Positions 1 to 9,822 of a DNA stretch of 64,000 bases are shown here, piece by piece. The position numbers and the translations under genes were made by a program. The DNA comes from Bacteroidota bacterium (GTDB lineage: Bacteria; Bacteroidota; Ignavibacteria; UBA10030), in contig DATMBF010000005.1 in the NCBI GenBank assembly GCA_035559595.1, forward strand, positions 18,707 through 82,706, written 5' to 3'. How positions within the stretch are numbered: the stretch's first letter is position 1; every line of letters begins with the position of its first letter. Under the pieces are notes generated by a model. The model was not told where the DNA came from. It ran no database searches and worked only from the letters and a program-made list of their open reading frames with translations.

Positions 1-1428
1 ATGCGACAATTCGCCGGCTTCGGGACACCGGAGGACACGAACAGACGTTATCACTATCTCCTCGAGCACGGTCAACACGGCCTCTCGGTTGCCTTTGACT
101 TGCCTACGCTCATGGGTCGCGATGCCGATGATCCGCTTTCGGAGGGTGAAGTGGGCATTTGCGGCGTATCCGTAAGCTCGCTTGCGGATATGGAAGTGCT
201 CTTCAAAGGGATCAACCTTGGAGAAATCTCGACTTCAATGACGATCAATGCTCCCGCGGCGATGGTGATGACGTTCTATCTTGCCGTTGCGGAAAAACAG
301 GGAGTGGACTTCAAGAAACTCCGTGGAACGATCCAAGCGGATATTCTGAAGGAATACATCGCGCAAAAGGAGTGGATCTATCCCCCGGATCCCTCGATGA
401 AGCTGATCATCGACATGTTTGAATATATGACGAAGGAAGTTCCGCAGTGGAATCCCATTTCTGTCAGTGGTTACCATATCCGTGAAGCAGGATCGACGGC
501 GATCCAAGAGCTTGCATTTACGCTTGCCGATGGATTTGCGTATGTCGAAGCCGGTATTGCCCGTGGGTTGAATGTCGATGACTTTGCGCCGCGGATCTCG
601 TTCTTCTTCAACTCCCATATCGACTTTTTCGAGGAGATTGCGAAGTTCCGTGCGGCCCGCCGCATCTGGGCGAAGCGCATGCGGAATAAATATGGTGCCA
701 AGAATCCGCGTTCGTGGATGCTTCGCTTTCACACGCAGACTGCAGGTTGCTCTCTAACCGCGCAGCAGCCGGAGAACAACATTGTCCGGACGGCTTATGA
801 GGCACTGGCCGGAGTGTTGGGTGGAACGCAGTCTCTCCATACGAATTCTATGGACGAGACACTTGCGCTTCCATCGGAAAAGGCCGTGAAGATCGCGCTT
901 CGCACCCAACAAATTCTCGCTTACGAAACAGGTGTAGCGAATACGATTGACCCTCTTGCAGGAAGTTACTTTGTTGAGGCGCTTACGAACAGAATGGAGG
1001 AGGGGGCGGAGCAATATTTTGAGAAGATTGATGCACTGGGCGGAGTGATTCCGGCAATCGAAGCAGGATTTTTCCAGCGAGAAATCGCTGAAGCCGCATA
1101 TCGCTACCAGCGGGAACTGGATGCGAAAGAGAAGATTATCGTCGGTGTGAACGAGTATGTTGAAGAGAACGAGCAGTTGGAGATTCCGATTCTGGTGATC
1201 TCTCCTGAAGTCGAGATCAAGCAGCGACAGCGATTGGCCGAGCTGCGCCAGAGCAGGGATAACGGACTGGTGGAAAAGCGTCTCTCCGAACTGCGCCAAG
1301 CCGCAGCCGATGACAAGAACCTCATGCCGTACCTTCTGGCTTGCACGAGAGCATACGTGACCCTTGGCGAGATGTGTAATGCCCTTGCAGAAGTCTACGG
1401 AGTGTATGAAGAACCCGCAGTCTTCTAA
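1..1428 (+). CDS. methylmalonyl-CoA mutase family, catalytic (large, TIM-barrel) chain; 5' end cut by window edge
   Basis: Translation carries MCM large-chain hallmarks ([65 protein letters not shown]). The frame is open to base 1, so the N-terminus lies upstream of the window. Confidence 0.85.
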   Translation: MRQFAGFGTPEDTNRRYHYLLEHGQHGLSVAFDLPTLMGRDADDPLSEGEVGICGVSVSSLADMEVLFKGINLGEISTSMTINAPAAMVMTFYLAVAEKQGVDFKKLRGTIQADILKEYIAQKEWIYPPDPSMKLIIDMFEYMTKEVPQWNPISVSGYHIREAGSTAIQELAFTLADGFAYVEAGIARGLNVDDFAPRISFFFNSHIDFFEEIAKFRAARRIWAKRMRNKYGAKNPRSWMLRFHTQTAGCSLTAQQPENNIVRTAYEALAGVLGGTQSLHTNSMDETLALPSEKAVKIALRTQQILAYETGVANTIDPLAGSYFVEALTNRMEEGAEQYFEKIDALGGVIPAIEAGFFQREIAEAAYRYQRELDAKEKIIVGVNEYVEENEQLEIPILVISPEVEIKQRQRLAELRQSRDNGLVEKRLSELRQAAADDKNLMPYLLACTRAYVTLGEMCNALAEVYGVYEEPAVF

Positions 1429-2358
1429 GTGGACAGAGAGAAGGATCTGCTTCACATGACGAGCGCGCAAAGTGCTTTACGCCTTCTCCGTCCGCAACAG
1501 TGGATCAAGAACCTTTTTCTCTTTGCTCCGCTCATCTTCTCCAAACATCTCTTCGAAGAGGGTTACTTCCTGCTGGAACTCCAGGCGTTTGCGGTCTTCT
1601 GCCTTTTCTCCAGCACGGTGTACGTGCTGAACGACATCGCAGATAGGGAGGCAGACAAGCTTCATCCGGTCAAACGCGCTCGACCCATTGCGGCGGGCAC
1701 TATCTCCATCCCCAATGCCCTTGGAGTAGCCGCCGCGACGTGTGCCGCTGGAATTGTTCTCGCCGTGCCTCTTGACCCACGCTTTCAAGCAACCGCCGGC
1801 CTATACGTAGTTTTGAATCTTGCGTATTCCTTCCGGCTCAAACAAGTCATGCTTGTGGAGGTCTTTGTCATTGCAGCAGGATTCATGCTGCGTGTTCTCG
1901 CCGGAGCATTTGTACTGAATGTCGTGGTGTCAGACTGGCTTGTGCTGTGCACCCTGTTTGTTTCGCTCTTCCTTGCTCTTTCAAAGCGGCGAGGGGAGAT
2001 TCTCCTCGTTCATACCTCGACTGGCGAATCGGGGAGAGCGGTGCTGAAGGAATATGACGTTGCCTTCATCGACCAGATGTTAACGATTACTGCTGCAGGA
2101 ATGGCGATCTCGTACGCACTGTATACTGTCGCGGAACGCACCGTGAGGATTTTCCAGACGGAGAATCTGATCTTCACGACCGTGTTTGTCCTGTTCGGGA
2201 TTTTTCGGTATCTTTTTCTCGTGCGACGGAACAAAACGGAGGATAACCCCACACTTCTCCTTGTACGGGATGTCCCAATGCTGGTCAATATCGGCCTCTG
2301 GTTTGCGACCTGCGTCGTGATTATCTATTACAATGAGGTGAAGACTTGGCTATCATGA
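1429..2358 (+). CDS. UbiA-family prenyltransferase, decaprenyl-phosphate phosphoribosyltransferase (DPPR synthase)-like
   Basis: Multi-TM protein. NDIADREADKLHPVKRARPIAAG resembles the Asp-rich motif of Rv3806c-type DPPR synthases. GTG 1429 abuts the upstream stop; ATG 1456 is an alternative start. Confidence 0.8.
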   Translation: MDREKDLLHMTSAQSALRLLRPQQWIKNLFLFAPLIFSKHLFEEGYFLLELQAFAVFCLFSSTVYVLNDIADREADKLHPVKRARPIAAGTISIPNALGVAAATCAAGIVLAVPLDPRFQATAGLYVVLNLAYSFRLKQVMLVEVFVIAAGFMLRVLAGAFVLNVVVSDWLVLCTLFVSLFLALSKRRGEILLVHTSTGESGRAVLKEYDVAFIDQMLTITAAGMAISYALYTVAERTVRIFQTENLIFTTVFVLFGIFRYLFLVRRNKTEDNPTLLLVRDVPMLVNIGLWFATCVVIIYYNEVKTWLS

Positions 2359-3503
2359 AATTCCCTGAACCTCAATCCCCAACTCGAATCACCGGTCTTA
2401 CAGCTCCCCAACCCCTCGTTGCCGTTCGCTATACAACCCCTGCGACCGTCCTCGATGATATCCAATCGGTCATGGAACAAGCCGGCGTTCAAACGGCACT
2501 CGATAAAAAGTCAGCGACAATCCTTAAGGACAACATTTCCTGGCATTTTCCGTTTCCAGGTGCCAACACTACTCCCTGGCAACTGGAGGGAGCGATTCTC
2601 GGTTTGAAGAAGCACGGATTTGGAGAACTTGTTTGCGTTCAGAATAAAACTGTGGTAACGGACGCGTTCAAGGGGGAAGATCTCAACAAGTACGTTCCTG
2701 TGTTCCGGAAGTATGGAATCCCCGTTCGATTCAATTTCAAAGAGGAGGACATGAAGTGGATTCCGTACGCACCGAAAACGCCCCTGCTTGTGCTGGATCA
2801 GATTTATCCCGAAGGAATTCACCTTCCCGACTTCTTCTTTGGCAAGAATATCGTCCATCTCCCCACGGTTAAGTGTCATATCTACACCACGACGACGGGT
2901 GCGATGAAGAACGCCTTTGGCGGACTCTTAAACACCCATCGCCACTACACGCATTCGTGGATCCACGAGACACTGGTGGATCTGCTGGCGATTCAAAAAG
3001 AGATTCACTCTGGGATCTTCGCGGTTATGGATGGAACAACGGCAGGAAATGGCCCCGGTCCTCGAACGATGTATCCCGAAGAGAAAAACATCATCCTTGC
3101 CAGCGCGGATCAGGTTGCGATCGACGCCGTCGCGGCAAAGCTGATGGGATTTGATCCGATGAGCATCAAATACATCAACTACGCCCATCAACGGGGATTG
3201 GGATGTGGGGATGTTCGGGAAATCAAAGTTGTGGGGGAAGATATTGGCAGAGTGAACTGGAACTTCACGGTTGGTGACAATGGAGCAAGTGTGGTTGGTG
3301 ACCTCCTCTGGTTCAGTCCACTCAAGCGCCTGCAGCACATCTTCTTCAGAACCCCTCTTGTGAACTTCTTTATCTTCGGCTCTGAATTCTACCACGACTA
3401 CTACCGCTGGCCCCTAAAGGATCGTCGTGTCTTCAGCAAGTGGCTCAGGCGCTCGCAGTGGGGTCATCTCTTCTCTTCATACGATAGCCTGAAGTCTGCC
3501 TGA
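2355..3503 (+). CDS. DUF362 domain-containing protein
   Basis: ATG 2355 overlaps the upstream stop (ATGA). VAIDAVAAKLMGFDP and TTAGNGPGPR motifs are typical of DUF362. The ORF track starts at TTG 2346. Confidence 0.6.
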   Translation: MKFPEPQSPTRITGLTAPQPLVAVRYTTPATVLDDIQSVMEQAGVQTALDKKSATILKDNISWHFPFPGANTTPWQLEGAILGLKKHGFGELVCVQNKTVVTDAFKGEDLNKYVPVFRKYGIPVRFNFKEEDMKWIPYAPKTPLLVLDQIYPEGIHLPDFFFGKNIVHLPTVKCHIYTTTTGAMKNAFGGLLNTHRHYTHSWIHETLVDLLAIQKEIHSGIFAVMDGTTAGNGPGPRTMYPEEKNIILASADQVAIDAVAAKLMGFDPMSIKYINYAHQRGLGCGDVREIKVVGEDIGRVNWNFTVGDNGASVVGDLLWFSPLKRLQHIFFRTPLVNFFIFGSEFYHDYYRWPLKDRRVFSKWLRRSQWGHLFSSYDSLKSA

Positions 3504-3580
3504 TTCTCAATGCTCTTGGAAATGCCATTCATCAAGGCTACCTTCCCGAGCATCCAGAGGCCATCCGCGAGCATCTGCGC

Positions 3581-4426
3581 ATGAACGTCCAGACTCGGGC
3601 CGAACTGGCGCTTCTTTCCATTACGGTTATCTGGGGAAGCACGTTCACGATTACGAAGGTTCTTCTTGAGGGGATTGAACCTTTTCTGTACGTCGCTCTT
3701 CGGTTTACACTTGCTAGTCTGCTTTTTGCGCTTGTCTTCCGCAAGAAATTGACGGTTTCTGAGGTGCTTTCATCCCGTCGGGGATGGATACTCGGACTTC
3801 TCCTCTTTCTCGGCTTTTCTCTTCAGACGCTTGGACTTCAGTTCACAACAGCCTCAAAGTCGGCATTTATCACCGGGCTTATGGTGATCATGACGCCGAT
3901 TCTCCAGGTGATCATCGAACGAAGACCGCCCAAGCTGGGCAACGTCATCGGTATCGTGCTGGTGACAATCGGCTTGTATCTGCTGACATCGCCGGAGGGA
4001 TCGGAGTTCAATATCGGTGATTTGCTCACCCTCGGATGTGCGATTTCGTTCGCTCTGTACATCGTTTATCTCGACATCTTCAGCAAAGGTGTCAGGCCAG
4101 AGGGAATTACGCTCACCCAGTTTCTCTTTTGCGGAGTTGTAGGTTCGATAACAGCACTGGCGATCGAGCCGCTAAACCTGCAGCTCACAGACGGTATTGT
4201 TCTTGCTATTCTTTATCTAACAATCTTTGCCACGATCGTTGCCATCTATGTCCAGACGAGATTTCAAAAGCATACGACGCCGACGAGAGCTGCGGTTATC
4301 TTCGCTGCAGAGCCGGTCTTTGCGGCAATTATCGCGTACTTTGCCTTGAACGAAGTGATCGGTACGGTGGGATTGCTCGGTGGGGGATTGATTGTGGCTG
4401 GGGTGCTGGTGTCAGAGCTGTCTTGA
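3581..4426 (+). CDS. EamA/DMT-superfamily transporter
   Basis: About 10 TM helices in two repeated halves. The N-terminus (LLSITVIWGSTFTITK) is typical of EamA-domain permeases. Confidence 0.8.
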   Translation: MNVQTRAELALLSITVIWGSTFTITKVLLEGIEPFLYVALRFTLASLLFALVFRKKLTVSEVLSSRRGWILGLLLFLGFSLQTLGLQFTTASKSAFITGLMVIMTPILQVIIERRPPKLGNVIGIVLVTIGLYLLTSPEGSEFNIGDLLTLGCAISFALYIVYLDIFSKGVRPEGITLTQFLFCGVVGSITALAIEPLNLQLTDGIVLAILYLTIFATIVAIYVQTRFQKHTTPTRAAVIFAAEPVFAAIIAYFALNEVIGTVGLLGGGLIVAGVLVSELS

Positions 4427-4567
4427 GGGTGGTGGAGACCGAGCAAGTTGGTAATCGGGCATTCCCACAGCCCGCAGATTTTCCCATGGGATTCATAGAC
4501 TGACGTTTGCGCCCACCATGCCCAATGGAATTCAGTCTAGTAGGCTTTTGTCACAGCGTCCACGAAT

Positions 4568-5899
4568 CTACACCGCTTCGGACAGACTGGTGAAGTTGAA
4601 TTCCTTAATCCTGAGCGCCGGAACCATGATAGACCCCGATTGTGACTCGCGGGGCGGAACTCTCATCGATCTGGACATTGCGTCGATGTTCTTCAGGACA
4701 TTGACAGGGCTGTCATTCCAGCGAAAGTTCATCACCGGGTAGGCGATCTTTCCGTTCTCTATCCAGAAAACCCCATCTCTCGTCAATCCTGTGAGCAGCA
4801 ATGTCCGTGGATCTACAGATCGGATGTACCAGATGCTTGTTACAAGCACACCTTCTTTGGTTGACTTGATCAGGTCGTCGAGTGAACCGGTGCCGCCTTT
4901 CATGATGATATTCGAGGGGAAGGGAACGGGCTCCTTGCGTTGTTTCTCCGCCCAGAAACGGGAATAGACGAGATTCTGGAGGACACCATCGGTAATCCAC
5001 TCGACTCGCTTTTGAGGCAGTCCGCCGGCACCCCAGGGTGAGCCTGGCACCTGCGGATCGTTGGGGTCGGAGTAGATGGTGACGTTTTCGGGAAAGATCT
5101 TCTCGCCAATGAGGTTTCCTCCGCCCTTCTTTGAGAAAAAGCTTCTCCCTTCATCCGCACTTCGGGCGTCCATTGAAAATCCCAAGCCCTGAATCATGTC
5201 CGCCACGCACGATGGTTCGAGGATTGTGACATATTTCCCCGGCTTCAACTCACGAGGCTTAGCGGAGAGCACAGCTTTGTCGATGGCGATCTTTGAGAGC
5301 TCTTTGAAGTTCAGATCGCTGCCACGGTGCGAAGCACGCGTGACCCATCCCGAGCCGTCTCCCTCAGGCGTTCGTACCGTCTCGGAGAAAAAGACGTTTG
5401 TTGCCCGGTGATATCCGAACAATCCTTTCGAGTTACCAAGAGCCGTGAAGCCCGCATTCGTACGGATGAATCCCGCTGCAACGAGGTTCTTCGCTTTGGC
5501 TTGCTTGATGCATTCTGCCGCTCCATTGGCCAGAATTTCTGTTGCGCCGCGGGCAGTCCTTTCGTCATACCCCTTGATGCTCGGATACTTTTGGGGGCCG
5601 AGTGCGGGCATGTGCTCGGGGTCTTCAGGGGCCAGCCGCGCCAGCTCCTCGGAGCGCTGTACGGTCGACCTCAACGAAGCGTCGTCAAGTTGATTAACCG
5701 TGGCTACGCCGCTCCTCTTCCCAAACGTGGTGCGGATCGAGACGACATCGTTGCTCGATAGCCCGCTCGTTGAGGGCGTGTTTCTTGCAAACCGGAGATG
5801 CTGCTGTGTACCGCCGCTCATGGTAACTTCGACTTCGTCGGCTTTGGAGGATGACAAAATCTTTTCGATAACTGTTCTTGCTTCTTTTTCCGTCAGCAT
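4568..5899 (-). CDS. TldD/PmbA-family metallopeptidase (PmbA/TldE-like)
   Basis: 443 aa with the PmbA-like N-terminus (ADEVEVTMSGGTQQHLRFARN) and a C-terminal TldD/PmbA fold. It lies downstream of a TldD paralog. Confidence 0.8.
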   Translation of the reverse strand: MLTEKEARTVIEKILSSSKADEVEVTMSGGTQQHLRFARNTPSTSGLSSNDVVSIRTTFGKRSGVATVNQLDDASLRSTVQRSEELARLAPEDPEHMPALGPQKYPSIKGYDERTARGATEILANGAAECIKQAKAKNLVAAGFIRTNAGFTALGNSKGLFGYHRATNVFFSETVRTPEGDGSGWVTRASHRGSDLNFKELSKIAIDKAVLSAKPRELKPGKYVTILEPSCVADMIQGLGFSMDARSADEGRSFFSKKGGGNLIGEKIFPENVTIYSDPNDPQVPGSPWGAGGLPQKRVEWITDGVLQNLVYSRFWAEKQRKEPVPFPSNIIMKGGTGSLDDLIKSTKEGVLVTSIWYIRSVDPRTLLLTGLTRDGVFWIENGKIAYPVMNFRWNDSPVNVLKNIDAMSRSMRVPPRESQSGSIMVPALRIKEFNFTSLSEAV

Positions 5900-6116
5900 A
5901 AAGGCTCCTTATCGTTGACCCAAGATTGCCCAAAGAAAACATTCGGTCTTCGTTGTCTCGTTCATGCAATGTTTAATACCTGTTGCCTGGCCATCCTTGA
6001 CAGCACCATCGGGCAAGCGCCATAAGCCCTTTCTCTATTCGCCCGACATTATCCACCGAGTCGCCAACCTGAAGGGTAATATCGTTGTTTGAAACCGTCA
6101 CCCGACAATCTTCATT

Positions 6117-7679
6117 TCATCCGGCTCGACTCGTATTCAGGATGTTAATCTTCCGGAATCTTGCAGGACAACAGCCGTGACTCACCGCGTTGGATTGACC
6201 CGGTTCTCCCTTGCCATCATTGAAGGACCCGCCGAGATAATACTCTTCTTCGCTACAGATCGCATCGCAAGAGTTCCAGAAGTCCGGTGTGCGCGCTTGA
6301 TAGGCCACATCCCGAAGCATTCCGGTGATCTTGCCGTTTTTGATCTCATAGTAAGTCTGGCCGCCAAACTGAAAGTTGTAGCGTTGATGGTCAATGCTGT
6401 AACTCCCCCTCCCTTTGATAAGGATTGCATCCTCGGTATCGGAAATGAGTTGGTTCAATGAGAGCGTTCTTGTTCCTGGCTTCAACGAAACATTGGGCAT
6501 ACGCTGAAAAGGGACATCGGCCCAGCTTTGCGCGTACGAGCAACCGTGGGATTCACTCTTCCCGATGAGGTGAGCTTGTTCGCGGGTTGTCTGATAGTCA
6601 ACAAAGATACCATCTTTCACCAGGTACCACTCCTTCGTGGGTACGCCGTCGTCATCGAAGCCGCACGTTGCAAGACCGTTCTGTTGAGTCTTGTCGGCGA
6701 TGAAGCTCACGATGTCACTTCCGAACTTAAACTTCCCTAACTTGTCGGTTGTCAGGAAACTGGTTCCGGCGTAGTTGGCTTCCATGCCGAGGGCACGGTC
6801 GAGCTCGGTCGGGTGACCGACGGACTCGTGAATTGTCAGCCAGAGATTGGATGGGTGGAGGATAAGGTCCCGCGGTCCCGGCTCGACCGATTTGGCTGAA
6901 TGCTTCTCGGCTGCATCTTCGCCTGCTTGCCGCACATCTTCCAACCAGGGGTACTCTTCGAGATACTCGTAACCCATTCCCTGTGGCTCCGAGTAAGAAT
7001 TCCGGCTTTCAAAGCTTCCCTTTTCGCGATTGACGGATGTGACGGTGAACGACGGATTACAGCGATGGAGATCCTGTTCGATGTAACTTCCATCAGTTGA
7101 AGCAAAATACTTGTGCTCGTTCACGAACGCCACTCCGGATGTGCAGAACGAGACACCTTTTACCTTCAGCGCTTCCTCGTTGATCCGGAGGAAGAATTCA
7201 GTTTTCTCTGTAATGGGTACGTCAAAAGGATTCTTTCTTATGGGAGTTGACCATGTGGCAACAACCGGTTTGACGGGAGCAAGTTTGATCGGCTGTGTCT
7301 GAAGCTTTGCGTTTGCTTTGGCGATCTTCACTGCCAGCCTAGTGACACGGGCAATTTCGTTCTTGTTGACAAGTCTGCTTGCCGCAAATCCCCACGTTCC
7401 GTTGACAATGACGCGAACTCCGAAACCGTGGCTTTCCGAATTCGAGACATTCGTAACTCGTCGCTCCCTCGTAAAGATCGATTGCGTGCGATAGCGGGCA
7501 ATCCGGATGTCGGCATAGGTAGCGCCAAGGGACTTTGCCGTGTCAAGGGCGACATCGGCAAGGAGGGGGAAATCGATATCGGAAAACCGCAGGTAAGAGA
7601 TCTTGCGATAGGGAAGGGCTGGGATGAAAAGAAGGGAGCTTGATGCTGCTGTGGATTTCAAAAAATCGCGGCGTCTCAT
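6117..7679 (-). CDS. TldD-family metallopeptidase with twin-arginine (Tat) signal peptide
   Basis: The N-terminus MRRRDFLKSTAASSSLLFIP is a Tat-type signal. HGFGVRVIVNGTWGFAAS, HESVGHPTELD (HExxH-like) and GSYSIDHQRYNFQFG are TldD hallmarks. Confidence 0.8.
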   Translation of the reverse strand: MRRRDFLKSTAASSSLLFIPALPYRKISYLRFSDIDFPLLADVALDTAKSLGATYADIRIARYRTQSIFTRERRVTNVSNSESHGFGVRVIVNGTWGFAASRLVNKNEIARVTRLAVKIAKANAKLQTQPIKLAPVKPVVATWSTPIRKNPFDVPITEKTEFFLRINEEALKVKGVSFCTSGVAFVNEHKYFASTDGSYIEQDLHRCNPSFTVTSVNREKGSFESRNSYSEPQGMGYEYLEEYPWLEDVRQAGEDAAEKHSAKSVEPGPRDLILHPSNLWLTIHESVGHPTELDRALGMEANYAGTSFLTTDKLGKFKFGSDIVSFIADKTQQNGLATCGFDDDGVPTKEWYLVKDGIFVDYQTTREQAHLIGKSESHGCSYAQSWADVPFQRMPNVSLKPGTRTLSLNQLISDTEDAILIKGRGSYSIDHQRYNFQFGGQTYYEIKNGKITGMLRDVAYQARTPDFWNSCDAICSEEEYYLGGSFNDGKGEPGQSNAVSHGCCPARFRKINILNTSRAG

Positions 7680-7832
7680 AGAGATCTCCTTGGAAATTTC
7701 GTGCGGGCAGTATAGAGATTTAAGGATTGAAAATCAACGTTCTTGGCTGCAGCGAGCTCTCAGATGAGTTTGATATCACACGCGACAAAAAAAGCTTGTG
7801 TTTCAGGCGCCAAAGGGGTACATTCACTGCAG

Positions 7833-8234
7833 ATGAAACGCGTAGTGGCGTCAATAGTCCTGAGTGTCGTGCTTGTCAGTCTTCTCTTCGCCGGTGTCTT
7901 CAAAGACAAACCGACGGCGGTGAGCAACGGTAGCGATATCACCGTAAGCTGGATTACGCTTGACGAATCAAACGTACAGCGATTCGACGTTCTTCGCCGC
8001 GCAGGCTATTCCGGTGATTTTCTCGTGATCGCTTCCGTTAACCCCAAGGGAAACAATTCCTCCTACCACTTTGTGGATCAACAGGCTTTCAAGGTGGCAG
8101 CGGGAATTTATCAGTACAAGATTCGTGTTGTCAACGGAGAACTTCCGCCCCCTGAGTCTGAGATCGTTACGGTTTCCCACCTTAGTTCCACCGCCAAGCG
8201 AACCTGGGGCAGCATCAAAGCGATGTTTCGATAA
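7833..8234 (+). CDS. small secreted/anchored Ig- or Fn3-like hypothetical protein
   Basis: Met at 7833 gives a signal/anchor (MKRVVASIVLSVVLVSLLFAG) followed by a beta-rich domain. The C-terminus is RTWGSIKAMFR. No family is recognised. Confidence 0.5.
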   Translation: MKRVVASIVLSVVLVSLLFAGVFKDKPTAVSNGSDITVSWITLDESNVQRFDVLRRAGYSGDFLVIASVNPKGNNSSYHFVDQQAFKVAAGIYQYKIRVVNGELPPPESEIVTVSHLSSTAKRTWGSIKAMFR

Positions 8235-8279
8235 GGCGGTACGCATAAGCCGCGCACGCTTCATTTCCGCAATTCCTTC

Positions 8280-8864
8280 ATGACGTTCCCTCCGCTGATT
8301 CTCGCATCACAATCGCCGCGCCGACGAGAGTTGATGAAGCAGGTCGGTTTTCGCTTCCGGATCGTCCCTAGTAAGGTCGAGGAGATCTTCGATCTTCATT
8401 CATCGCCGCGTGCCAACGCCCGGAGGATTGCCCTGGAAAAGGGGAGAGAGGTGGCAACGCGAGTAAAACGTGGAATAGTGGTAAGCGCCGATACCATTGT
8501 TGTCTGTGGGAAGAGAATCCTTGGCAAACCTGAATCCAAAGCTGATGCGCGGCGCATGCTGCGATTATTGAGCGGAAGGAGGCACGACGTTTACACCTGT
8601 CTTGCTTTGATCGATGCTGCAACGGGGAAAACGATGACTGTTACCGAAAGAACAAGGGTCTATTTTCGACGGTTATCGCACAAAGAAATTGAACGTTACA
8701 TTGCGACCGATTCGCCATTCGACAAAGCGGGTGCTTATGGGATCCAGGACGACCATGGCGCGATCTTTGTTGAAAAAGTGGAAGGTTGTTTTTATAATGT
8801 GATGGGGCTCCCGCTGTCGCGTCTGTACGTGGCGCTCCAAACATTCTTGAAATCGAGAGGTTAA
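8280..8864 (+). CDS. maf: Maf-family nucleoside triphosphate pyrophosphatase (septum formation protein)
   Basis: [20 protein letters not shown] and KAGAYGIQD motifs. Confidence 0.9.
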   Translation: MTFPPLILASQSPRRRELMKQVGFRFRIVPSKVEEIFDLHSSPRANARRIALEKGREVATRVKRGIVVSADTIVVCGKRILGKPESKADARRMLRLLSGRRHDVYTCLALIDAATGKTMTVTERTRVYFRRLSHKEIERYIATDSPFDKAGAYGIQDDHGAIFVEKVEGCFYNVMGLPLSRLYVALQTFLKSRG

Positions 8865-8875
8865 ACGGCGGATCA

Positions 8876-9295
8876 ATGGAACGCAAAATTCGAGTACTCG
8901 TTGCAAAAGTTGGACTCGACGGTCACGATCGTGGAGCCAAAGTTGTCGCTGCCGCCCTTCGTGATGCGGGTATGGAAGTGATTTACTCTGGCTTGCGCAA
9001 GACACCGGAGATGATCGTCGAAGCGGCGCTCCAGGAGGATGTCGATGCGATAGGAATCAGTCTGCTGAGCGGAGCCCACATGACGATCTTTCCAAAGGTC
9101 CTCAGTTTGATGAAGGAAAAAGGAATTTCCGATGTACTGCTCTTCGGCGGTGGCATCATTCCCGAAAGCGACATCAAGAAACTCGAGGCAATGGGGGTCG
9201 GAAGGTTATTCACGCCGGGCGCTTCGACGATTGAAATTGTCGATTATGTGAGGAAGTGGGTGGCAGAGAATCGAAAGGATGTTGCGGTGTCGTAA
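8876..9295 (+). CDS. cobalamin (B12)-binding small chain of split methylmalonyl-CoA mutase
   Basis: [32 protein letters not shown] contains the DxHxxG B12-binding signature. At 139 aa it is a stand-alone domain. Confidence 0.85.
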   Translation: MERKIRVLVAKVGLDGHDRGAKVVAAALRDAGMEVIYSGLRKTPEMIVEAALQEDVDAIGISLLSGAHMTIFPKVLSLMKEKGISDVLLFGGGIIPESDIKKLEAMGVGRLFTPGASTIEIVDYVRKWVAENRKDVAVS

Positions 9296-9311
9296 AGGAA
9301 TTGTCTCAAAC

Positions 9312-9350
9312 AAAAAAAATCCCGTCTGGTGTGGTGATCCAGACGGGATT
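9312..9350 (-). terminator. rho-independent terminator after csp; also sits 3' of the plus-strand B12-domain gene
   Basis: 11-bp perfect stem ATCCCGTCTGG (9319-9329) pairs with CCAGACGGGAT (9339-9349). On the minus strand it is followed by a T8 run. Confidence 0.65.
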
Positions 9351-9369
9351 GTTCTTTGAGAGGCAAGGA

Positions 9370-9570
9370 TTAGACCTTAGAGACCTTGACGGCCTGTAAG
9401 CCTTTGGGTCCTTGCTCAACTTCGAATTGTACGGTGTCGCCTTCGTTGAGCGTCTTGTACCCTTCGCCATTGATGGATTTATAATGCACAAAGACGTCTT
9501 CACCGGTGCTGCGCTTGATGAAGCCGTATCCCTTGGCATTATTAAACCATTTGACTGTACCTTGTTCCAT
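9370..9570 (-). CDS. cold-shock protein (CspA family)
   Basis: [18 protein letters not shown] and DVFVHYSI-type RNP motifs. The internal Met at 9570 gives the canonical ~66 aa length. Confidence 0.9.
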   Translation of the reverse strand: MEQGTVKWFNNAKGYGFIKRSTGEDVFVHYKSINGEGYKTLNEGDTVQFEVEQGPKGLQAVKVSKV

Positions 9571-9822
9571 AAGGAGACTTCCCTTATAGTTGTGGAACAT
9601 GAACACCTAATCATTGTCTCTCAAGACGAAAGAAGCCTCCTTCAAGAACTTCCTCCGCTGTTCAGCTTGGCACGGACCCCACACGAGGTGGTCTCCCACG
9701 CAAGCTTCTGCACAGAAATCCCGTCACCTGGGTGAGGAGTGGAGCAAACCTTCCTTGAAACAAGATGGTGTCGGTGAATTAACAAGCGAACATAGCACTT
9801 GTTGGAATGAAAAGCAAGCGGC

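Noticed and set aside
754-1470. 238-aa ORF antisense to the methylmalonyl-CoA mutase gene, plus many similar long antisense or off-frame ORFs (e.g. 235-732, 33374-33928, 45544-46149, 47846-48493, 56529-57134, 50598-51194)
   Set aside because: Each lies entirely within a strongly recognisable gene on the other strand or in another frame. Their translations are R/S/C/H-rich with no motifs. They are shadow ORFs typical of this base composition.
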